Assembly: GCF_009914755.1 (NCBI RefSeq)
Contig: NC_060936.1
Strand: one strand, 5' to 3'
DNA: 64,000 bases
Source of the DNA: the human T2T-CHM13v2.0 reference genome, Homo sapiens
The notes beneath the pieces are model-generated. The model saw only the letters and a list, made by a program, of their open reading frames with translations. It did not search any database and was not told where the DNA came from. The position numbers and the translations under genes are program-made. Position 1 is the first letter of the stretch. Every line of letters begins with the position of its first letter. Positions 54,208 to 64,000 of this stretch are shown piece by piece.

Positions 54208-54541
54208 CATAGTTACCCCTGGGGTCTGTGCTGATTCCCACGCCCACCTGCATCTCTGGGGGTGGTCTCCAGGCATAGTTACCCCTGGGGTCTGTGCTGA
54301 CTCCCACACCCACCTGCATCTCTTGGGGGGGTCTCCAGGCATAGTTATCCCTGGGGTCTGTGCTGACTCCCACGCCCACCTGCATCTCTGGGGTGATCTC
54401 CAGGCATAGTTACCCCTGGGGTCTGTGCTGACTCCCACGCCCACCTGCATCTCTGGGGGGGGTCTCCAGGCATAGTTACCCCTGGGGTCTGTGCTGACTC
54501 CCACACCCACCTGCATCTCTTGGTGGGGGGGTCTCCAGGCA
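54208..54541. repeat. ~66-bp VNTR x5 with a variable G-run
   Basis: CATAGTTACCCCTGGGGTCTGTGCTGACTCCCAC... tandem units. Confidence 0.93.
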
Positions 54542-55517
54542 CAAGATTGTCTCAGGCTCCTTGGGTTCCAGAGCGCACCAGGACTGAGAGCCCCTGCTCC
54601 CGGGGCAATGCTGCTGACACGGCTGCTGGTCAGGCCGCTGGCCGGCCAAGGTCAGGGTCCAGGGGCCTCTGAGTTGGAGGAGGGGGCTCCTTTTCCCAGG
54701 CAGCCCCGCTCTCCCAGCCAGGGCCCAGGAAGCCAAGGCTGCTCTCCGCTCACTTCTGCTCCAGCTGCTGGCTCGGTGGGCCTGGGTCCTGCCACTGCTC
54801 CCCAGGGAGCTGTAATTAGGATTCCCATGCAAGGAGTTGATGGAAATGGCATTTCACAACACTAATGAACTTCTGCTTTCTTTCCAGAGCCATTTAGCCT
54901 ATTTAAAATGCAAATTGAAGTCAATAGAAAGTGGTTTGTCTGAGTTCCATCCAGGGATGTGGTTGGTTTGTGTTGGAGGAAAGATGGGCTGTGGTTCCCC
55001 TGGGGGGGAAGACAGGGATGATTAGACCTATCTGTACCCAGGGCCGGCTCAGCGTTGCCCTCTGCATGGGAGGGGCTCCCTGGGTCAGGACCTGCACAGG
55101 GATGGGGAGGGGAGTGAACTGAGGATCATGTCCCACCAGAGCCCATGAGGCCCGAGTCCTCCGGGTTCTTGAGTGGAGTTGTTTTTATCCCAATTATCCA
55201 CGTAACTGCCCAAATTCCTACCCCATGGCCTGTGTAGGTTCAAGTCACCACCCACAAGTGGGCTGCCTCGGGCATCCATACCGCTGGCCAGGTTGGCTGA
55301 CCTCCTGCTGACTCAGATTTTGACCCCCTCATTCCCTGAGTGTCTGAATTGATTAGGGAAAGTGGTGGAAACAGGAAGTTTGGGCTGCTGGGAACAGAAG
55401 GTGAGGAGTAACGCACCACCTGCTTGTCTCCTGGGAACGTGATGACCCTAAGATTTAAGTCAAACATGTGCTCTCAAAGTTGTCATTTGTGTGTATGGCC
55501 ACCTACCTTCTCACTAA

Positions 55518-56190
55518 CCCATCCACCATCCATCCATCTGTTCATCTGTCTGTCCATCCACTTATCTGAACATATACCCAGCTTACTATCCATTCTTCTC
55601 TCTTCCATGCATCCATCCATCCATCCATCCATCTGTCCATCTGTTCATCCACTTATCTGAACATATGCCAAGGGTACTATCCATTCTTCTCTCTTCCTTC
55701 CATCCATCCATCCATCCATCTCTGCATTCACTTATCTGAACATATACCCAGGTTGCTATACATCCTTCTTTCTTCCATCCATGCATCCTTCCATCTGTCC
55801 ATCCATCCATCCATCTGTCCATCCACTTATCTGAACATATACCCAGGTTGCTATGTATCTTTCTCTCTCTTCCATCCATCCACCCATCCATCTCCCCATT
55901 CACTTATCTGAACATATACTCAGGTTACTATACATCCTTCTTCCTTCCATCCATCCATCCATCCATCCATCCATCCATCTGCCCATCTGCCCATCCATTT
56001 ATCTGAACATATACCCAGCTTACTATCCATTCGTCTCCCTTCCATTCATCCATCCATCCATCCATCTCCCCATTCACTTATCTGAACATATACTCAGGTT
56101 ACTATACATCCTTCTTCCTTCCATCCATCCATCCATCCTTCCATCTGTCCATCCATCATCCATCTACCTTCTCATCCATTTGTACACCCA
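55518..56190 (-). repeat. (ATCC)n-rich array with seven composite units; inverted copy of the 52355-52849 array
   Basis: TTATCTGAACATAT spacers; 55538-55690 is a near-exact reverse complement of ~52695-52849. Confidence 0.9.
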
Positions 56191-57224
56191 TCCCCCCCGT
56201 TTTAACCAATCATCTGGATTTTAACCAATTATACCATTTGTCCTGCAATTATCCAGTCATCCATTGCACACCCATCCCCGTTTTCACCAATTCTCCATTT
56301 TTCTGTCTGCCCATTTGCTCCTCTGTTTCTTAATGACCCCGTCATCCATCTCTGGTTGCATCTGCTCATCACCTGACAGCACCAGCTATTTCCCTGGAGA
56401 CTTCATCAAACGCTGGAATATGGACAGATTGATGAATGCATAGTACCTGGCCAGCATTAGAGGGAGCTTGGTGAGTATATTAGGGCTAGGATGTATCTGT
56501 CCATGTTTGTCGCTGGCCTATTTCTTACCTTGACATTTCCACTGGAGGGAGCCTGGAAAAGAAAGTGAGATTTATGCCACCTGGTCTAAGAGCTACTGTC
56601 CTTCCATGTTAAGAGAATCGATGTGGTCACTTAATCAGATGCCACTTTGTTTAATTGTCACATTATCACACCAGAACCACTGTTCCTGCCTGGACCCAGC
56701 CTCTGCTCCTCAAGGGAGTCAATTAGCCATCTGAGTGGCCACCTGACACATGATGTGCAGAGATGGGAGGAGACATGCCAAGCAATTTCTTTTACGCTAG
56801 GGCTGTTAATGCTGTGAAGTCTGACTAAGGGTTTCTGTCCACTGATGGTGATTTTCATGTGATGCGTGTGGTTCTGCTCCTGTCTGAGTCCACCCTGAGT
56901 CTGCCTTTCTTCCACACCCTGAGCCCCTTCCATGCAAATGTGCCTTTCCTGACAGCCAGGCTGGTGTGGACAGAGAACTAGGCAGCCATGTAGAGTGTGG
57001 TGGAAACATGTCTTCTCTGGAAACATCAGCCTTCACCCCCACACCAGGGAAGTGCTTTGAGCTTCACTGCCCTAGATGGCTTCCTGTGGGCTGTCCACAG
57101 GCCTCTCTCTGATGCCAAAGGGATTTGCTCAGATGAGAAAGAAACACCAGGGGGGCTGGGAGGGTGTGCAGACCTGAGAGGTGAGTCTGAGAATATCCAG
57201 GAGCTGCCACTCCGCCCGCAGGAG

Positions 57225-57370
57225 GGGACCACAGGAGATGCAGGAGGGAACCACGGGAGACCCAGGAAGGGACCACGGGAGACCCAGGAGGGAACCACGG
57301 GAGACCAAGGAAGGGACCGTGGGAGACCAAGGAAGGGACCGCGGGAGACCCAGGAGGGGACCACAGGAGA
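57225..57370. repeat. ~21-22 bp tandem repeat (GGGACCACGGGAGACCCAGGAA-like), ~6 copies
   Basis: Directly visible. Confidence 0.85.
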
Positions 57371-57729
57371 GCAGGGGCTGGAGGTGTGGGTGAGTAGTAA
57401 GTGCAGGAAAGGGCTGACCATGAACATGGAGTCCTCTTCTCATTTCTTCCAGGCCCTCTTGGGCCCTGTTTCTAGGGCTCTGCACCTAGATCGATGGGAG
57501 GAGGATGATGCCATTCACTGAAATAACAGGAATAGGTGTGTGAGGAGGAGCTGGCAGGGTGAGAGGTGAAGACTTTGTCTGGGGAATCCACTCACTGAGG
57601 AGCACCTGGCCATGGCCTCAGCTGCCACCCTCCTGACACCCACTCTGTTCTACAAAGTTGAAGGTAGAGGCACCTTTCTCTTGGCAACAGGAGGTCCAGC
57701 GGGGCTTTTCCCATAATTGTAACCCCCCC

Positions 57730-57731
<2 letters not shown>

Positions 57732-57775
<44 letters not shown>
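57732..57775. repeat. (AC)22 microsatellite
   Basis: Pure dinucleotide run. Confidence 0.97.
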
Positions 57776-57777
<2 letters not shown>

Positions 57778-58996
57778 CTTAAGAAGAGATGGAGACAGAC
57801 AGTCACCCTGCAACAATCACCCCCTCTGGGCCTGGACAGGACCAGGGAGGGTGGGCATGGGTGGGGGGGTTGCTTGCCTGATGGGGAGGCCGTGTAGGAG
57901 TGAGTGCTGACTCAGCTGAACACAGTGAGGGGCTCCTGGGGATCCTGTGTGAACATCAGGGTCCCTGCAGGAGGGGAGACCATATCCCACCCCATGCTGG
58001 ACACGTGATGAGCAGCAGAGCCACAGGCCACCTGCGGCTGGCAGCCCAGTGCCAGGAGGGGTGGGGAGGGCTGCACAGTCATCCTCTGAGGGATCAGCCT
58101 GAGTCTAGAGCTGGTGCCAGCTCCCAACTGTAGACTCAGGAGAGGCCGCCAGCCAGGGTAGCCCACACAGCAGGCCCCGAAGGACCCCAGAGTGCCCAGG
58201 ATAGTAACCTGGGTATATGTTTCACCCCAACATGCCCTTGGGTGGCCACATGGGGGTCGTCCAGCACAGCCCCAGGCAGCCTGAGGCCATCCTTTGTGGA
58301 CACATGGGAAGGCGGGTGGGCCCGGGGACAGCCAGCCAGTGACTTTATCTCCATTCTGCAGCAGTGTCTCAGGGCCACAGAGGCACCCAGCAAGTGCTCC
58401 CCATGGGAGGGTCCGGCACACAGGAGGCAGCTTCTTCTCAGCCACTTGGCTCCAAGGAGGAGCAGGGTCCTGAGCTGCATCAGAGCCCAGCCGCGTGTGC
58501 CTTCCCCGTGTACGGGGCTGTGGGGCCGGGGGGCGGCGTAGAGACCCCCTGACCAGGCCTGGTTCAGGCTCAGGGCCCTGTGGGAGGAAAATGATTTTCA
58601 AACACAAGCCCCTGGCTTTCCTGAATGGGTCTGGGTGGGCAGGGGTGGGGCAGTCAGAGGGAGGAGGGAGTCAGAGACCAGGAGGCTGCTCACCCCATGG
58701 GGCGGTGCCTGGGAAGCAGGGCCTGGGATGATGCTGCACACTGAGGTACTGTCAAAACTGGGGGCAGTCAGTCCAGATGCAAGAGAGTGTTTGAAAGGAT
58801 GACGCTGGCCCTAACCTGGGGCAGAGGTTCTCCCTGTTGCAAAGTCAGAGGGAGAATCTTGTGAGTTGGACACATCAATGTATTGAGTCTCTTTTGCAGC
58901 ATGGGGTAGGTAAGAATGTGGGAGTGGCGGAGGAAGGGAAAGGGAATTGGGTGTGGAGGAGCTGGAGGTCCCAGTGGGTGCCAGGCTGGGGATGAG

Positions 58997-59594
58997 AAGG
59001 TGAGGAGACAGATAAGGGTGGTGAGGAGACAGATAAGAGTGGTGAGGGGACAGATAAGGGTGGTGAGGAGACAGATGAGAGTGGTGAGTGGACAGATAAG
59101 GGTGGTGAGGAGACAGATGAGGGTGGTGAGAAGAGAGATGAGGGTGGTGAGGAGACGGATGAGGGTGGTGAGGAGAGAGATGAGGGTGGTGAGGAGAGAG
59201 ATGAGGGTGGTGAGGAGAGAGATGAGGGTGGTGAGGAGACAGATAAGGGTGGTGAGGAGACAGATGAAGGTGGTGAGTGGACAGATAAGGGTGGTGAGGG
59301 GACAGATGAGAGTGGTGAGGGGACAGATGAGGGTGGTGAGGAGAGAGATGAGGGTGGTGAGGAGAGAGATGAGGGTGGTGAGGAGAGAGATGAGGGTGGT
59401 GAGGAGACAGATGAGGGTGGTGAGTGGACAGATAAGGGTGGTGAGGGGACAGATGAGAGTGGTGAGGGGACAGATGAGGGTGGTGAGGAGACAGATGAGG
59501 GTGGTGAGGGGACAGATGAGGGTGGTGAGGAGAGAGATGAGGGTGGTGAGGAGAGAGATGAGGGTGGTGAGGAGAGAGATGAGGGTGGTGAGGG
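58997..59594. repeat. 21-bp VNTR (GAGGGTGGTGAGGAGACAGAT), ~28 copies
   Basis: Directly visible; explains the repetitive ORFs on both strands. Confidence 0.96.
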
Positions 59595-61899
59595 GCTCTG
59601 AGGGGAACATGGTGCATGACCAGCAACAGACTCTCCAGCCCCTGGGCTCACGTGGGGACATTGATGGTGCTCAGCTCTTGCGTCTTCCCTCTAGGAATCC
59701 ACCCGGCAGAAAATACACCTGTGTGAGCTAAGAAATAGACTCCAGGACATCCTCTCTGGCTCTGTGAGATTCAGGGTCACATTGAGCTGCCCTAGATTCC
59801 ATCTGCAGAAGGCAGATTAGGTGAACGACACCCAGCTCTACCACAGAACACTGGCAAAAAAAAATCGATTAGGTTTAAGGGGGTTCTGTGTGCTCTGATG
59901 TTGAAGGATTCCATGGGCTAAAGCTCCACCTGGGAACTGGACTTGACCCATCAAGCACTATCTGCAAGCCCTGCCCAGGTGACAGGGCTGGTGACCCCTG
60001 CCACTGCATCGACCTCTGCAGTTCTAAGGGGAAACGGACCAGCCAAGTACTTCTCAGTGAAGTAAAAACGAGTCTTGGGCAGGGGTTACCCTGCTAGAGA
60101 GTAGGCAGGAAGGGAGGGTCCTCTCTAGCTCTGGGGACTCCACAGCTAGGTAAGGGGTGGGCATAGGGGGTGGGTGGAAGGAAGCTCTGACGCAGGTGTT
60201 TTCCTTGGCTCTGTGCCAGCCAGGCCCGGGGGCATCAATCTCACTCCATCCCCTAGGGCTCTGCCAGTTGGTCAAGGCCAACGTCCACCCTTCTGGGTCA
60301 TGTCCAGGCTTTCACCTTCACCCCTGCCGTCCTCACCTCACCTGTGGAAGCCTTTTCATTCAGACCTTGGGTGAAGTGGTCCCTTCTCCACCCCAGTCCC
60401 TCCAGTGGGGAGGACCTAGGATGTCTGTGCTGATGGATGAGCTGAGGAGCCCAAACACCGAGCCTCCTGGGAGGGAGTCCTGGACACATCCCTCAGCCGT
60501 CCCTGCTATGGGCACCAGCTGCTTCCGTGGGTGGGTGCTGGGAGGAAACGGGAAGCAGTCTCCAGTCTGGAGGTGCTGCTTGTAAACTGGAGGTTTGTCA
60601 AAGCCTCTCCACCTCCCGCTCTGATGTCTTCTCCATATTTAGGACTCTGTTAGAAGGAGACAAAAAACCCAACTCAAACCAACTGAAGGGTCCAGGGTTG
60701 TGTATCTGCAGGTACAGCTTGATGGATGGGCCCGGGAGAAGCCACCAGGACCTCTCTGTCTCTCTGTGTCTGTCTCTCTGTCTCCTTCTCTCTGACTCTG
60801 CTGCCTGTCTGGTTCCTCTCCTGGCTGAGCTCAGCCATGTGGGGCCAACCCCTCCACCTGCAGTGCCAAACCCACTCCCCTCCTCTCAAGGACATTTATG
60901 AAGAGATCCATCCTCCCAGTCCTCTGTCAAAGCCCAGATGTGGGTCCCTCGGGCTTTCACTGCCTGGGGGTTGTGTCCATCCAGCACCAGGTGCCCTGAT
61001 CAAGATGCTCTGATTGGCCAGGCCTCATCAACAACCATCCCAGAGCTGGGACAGACGCATGATCTGAGAACTGGGGGGGGGTCATTTCCATGGGAAACCA
61101 GTGTGCTCTTGGTGGAATAGGAGGGAAAGGTTCTTGGGGCACCATAAAAAGCAGATGCGAGCACTCGGTGACCTTGAGAGCGGGGTTGAGTTCCCTGGCA
61201 GGTTTTAATTGTAAAAGAGCTTCCGAGGGGCAATGCTTACCTAGAGGATGGGAGGTGCACCCCTGGGATCTGGCACTGTACCAGGTTGCAGAGGAGACAT
61301 TTTGGGGTGGGAACAGGGGAACCCCGAGTCTGAGAGTCGCTCTGTGCTGGGGAAGGGTTGAGGGGAGTTGAGCTCAGGCTGGGGAGGGGCCTCTCAGCTG
61401 CAGAGTGTAGTGTGAACACAGTTGCATATCATTATAGGATTGGAAAATGAGATTCCAGAACCAGACAGCCTTCCCTCTCTGGGTGCCAGCAGCGAGCGTC
61501 TGTTCCTGAAGCAGTGATATGGCCCTCGGCACAGTCAAGAATTGTGCCATTTGGGAGGCAGGAAATCGTTTCCAGGAGAAAGTGCCCCATGCAGATGGCT
61601 AAGCATCTGGCCCTGGGGAATCTGCAAATGCTGAAAACGTCAGGATTTAAAAGAAACCCAGACTTGTTCCCTTTTCCTAATTGCTTCCAACCCTTCCCTG
61701 AGCCTTTTCTCCCTTAGAGACAATGGAATGGGCTAGAATGTGCTCAAGGGTGCAGAATGCTGGGCAGGAATCTTAGGGATGAACCGCAGAGAGGTGATGG
61801 GGTGGGGAGAATTTCCCAGTTATTTCCAAACCAGTGGGAAGTTCCAACTGGGAACATATTCCCCAGGGCACTGAACTATTAAAATAGGGCACCGACTTA

Positions 61900-62138
61900 A
61901 ATGGTGCATGGACCAATCAGAATTGACCACAGACCACACAGACTGGAGCAGGGGCCAATCAAGATGAAAGATTTGCCAATCAGGATGGAGCATACCTCAG
62001 TGAGAATGGATCAGGAACCACAAAGAATGGATCATGATCTAATCAGGATGGAGCATGGGCCAATCACAATGGAGCACCGTCCAATCAGGCTGGAGCATTT
62101 TTCAGTCAGAATGGAGCACGGGCCAATCACAATGGACA
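61900..62138. repeat. Degenerate 21-bp repeat, ~11 copies, six carrying CCAATCA
   Basis: ATGGAGCATGGGCCAATCAGA-like units with a conserved 21-bp register. Confidence 0.8.
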
Positions 62139-63099
62139 CCTGTCTAAAGACCCAGCACGGACGGAGCAGTGTGTCCAGCTGAGTGTCTCTCCTGGTGCTG
62201 CACTCATCAGGCCCCTCCCTATCTTATCCCACCGCCCCAGGCCGTGGGTCAGGAGACAGAGGTGCCTGGAGGAGCCAAGAGCAAGCCCCACTTCTGCCTG
62301 TGCAACGAGACACCCACCCTGAGAGAGGACTGTGCGGGGCAGAAGGACAGGAGCCCAGGGATGTGCTGTGTCTGTCTGTCCGGCTGTCTGTGCAGGAGCC
62401 CGGAGACCTCAGGCTTCCAAGCTAGCATTTGTGCTCCTCAGATCTGGGGTCGACTCCAGGACAAGCTGATACTTACAGACACAGAAGGCGATTTAAACCT
62501 GTCCCCAGGAGCTGACAATGTAGTCTGGGGTGAATTCATTTGTAAGAGTCTGTTGACATTCATTGTAAAAGATGAGTACTTCTCACTGGTCCTCACATGT
62601 CTCATCCCTGAAACGGAGGGGGAGAACATCATTTTAATTGCCATACAGTATGTGTTTCCTGAAGACTTAATGGCTGCTTTGCAGTTTACCATGGAGGGGT
62701 AGATTTATAGCACTGTCTGCGGGTCCTTGCCTGTGCTGGGCTCATTGTCAGGTTGTGGGTAAAATGGAGAGGGTCTAGGGGGCGCGCCTTTGCCACCCAG
62801 GCATCTCCAGAGCTGACTTGTGGCTCAGGGCCAGAGGCAGGCCAAGGACAGTTCAACCAGCGATCAGAGCCCAGGCCTTCCAGGCAGGTCCAACTCCCAG
62901 TGCTGACCCTGACAGCTGTGCTGTGTGATCCCGGAGCTATCCTCACCACTGAGCACGGTTCCCTTCTCTGTAAAGCAGGGAAATTGATGCTCTCCCAGGG
63001 ACACCACTCGGCAGCCATTCCCCCAGTGCCTGGGACAGCCCCCTGAGGATCACCCTTCACCCAGCCTCAGTCCACGTGGTTTGGGGACATCCCCAGGCC

Positions 63100-63495
63100 A
63101 GGGACAGATCACATGACTGAGTCACAGCCAATCAGCACACGGCTGTCCCAGAGCACGTGATTGGCTCAGGCATAGGGGTGTGACTCCATCAGAGCCAATC
63201 AGATGCAAGGAAACAGGCTGAGAGGCTCTGGCCTTTCTCACTGCCTGTGACCTGAGGGGGCGTGGCACAGGTTGCGCCCCTGGGACCAGTGGACAGAGCC
63301 TGCTGGATACTGGAGTCCACGAGGAAGAAGCAGAGCTGGGGTAGATCAGGCCTTGGTGATAGTGACCTGAGCCCTGGGTTCACCCAGACCTCAAATCAGG
63401 TCGCTCTGCCCCTCCCCTAGATTCACCCATTCATCCCCTTTCAGGGCTTAGGTTCTTCCGGTGGGGTTTGTGTCACTAACATCAATGAGGACAAG
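63100..63495. mobile_element. Old ERVL LTR remnant (LTR16-like)
   Basis: CACATGAC...CCAATCAGC...GTGATTGGCTCAGG...CCAATCAGA and terminal TGTCACT motifs. Confidence 0.45.
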
Positions 63496-64000
63496 ATAGG
63501 CCTATTTCAGAAACAGGAGGTGATGAGGGTGCCTGGCTACAAGAATTCTTAAATAGGGGCTGCTATTAGTATACGGAGCTCTCCTGCTGCCAGGGTGCCC
63601 CTCATATCCCCGAGACGGAGCAGGAAGAAGGACCCACTTCAGCCCCACGAAGTCCGGATGCAACTGCGAGTCTCCAGTGTGGGCGTTGTCCTCCTCAGTC
63701 TGGTGTTGCTGCACTGCGCCCGACCCCAGCCTGGCCACGGTCCCCGTGAGGCACCCGCCCCTGAGTCTCCTCGATGGGCGTTCCTCTTCCTGCCAGGCTC
63801 ATCCCAGGCCTCCACCTCTCCACCTGTTCCCCGTCCCCAGGAGTCAGCCCCTGTGGCTCGAACACCTTCTGCTGCTGACCACGCATCTGAAGGAGCCCCA
63901 CTCACACCCCTGCCATGTCACGCTGACCTTCACCTACTTGATTTTTCTTCCCTTATCACCACCCAATGCTTTAACGTGGATTATTTTGGTTACTCTTTGT

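Noticed and set aside
55330-55500. Possible SEA-domain-like peptide (MFDLNLRVITF...)
   Set aside because: Only a vague pattern, with no convincing splice boundaries.
58768-59731. Heptad-repeat ORFs (LLTTLIS / VVRREMR) on both strands
   Set aside because: Product of a 21-bp VNTR; no splice or domain evidence.
60348-60368. Plus-strand KPFHSDL, identical to a recalled ADGRD1 C-terminal peptide
   Set aside because: Wrong strand and order for the fossil gene, flanks do not align, and the donor is out of register. A 7-residue match can occur by chance in 64 kb; worth one look in tblastn output.

Overview
This is GC-rich primate genomic DNA, most likely human (a near-consensus AluY, an L1PA 3' end, THE1, MER41, LTR6), with the minisatellite density typical of a subtelomeric region. 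I could not identify an intact protein-coding gene. All very long ORFs are artefacts of tandem repeats. The main non-repeat signal is a decayed, intron-containing copy of an adhesion-GPCR gene similar to ADGRD1/GPR133 on the minus strand. Three exons are clear: pentraxin/LamG at 17335-17588, and GAIN-region exons at 12158-12272 and 10561-10700. They are collinear, carry matching splice boundaries (one donor is mutated), and have stops or frameshifts. Several weaker candidate exons lie between and around them, and a possible signal-peptide first exon lies at 44499-44691. The rest is nested LTR, Alu, L1 and DNA-transposon sequence, about 12 VNTR or satellite arrays, an inverted duplicated (GGAT)n-based repeat flanking a 2.7 kb spacer, and a few motif arrays (CCAAT, RUNX, X-box, GAS). 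Comparisons to ADGRD1 and to repeat consensus sequences were made by eye from memory, not by database search.
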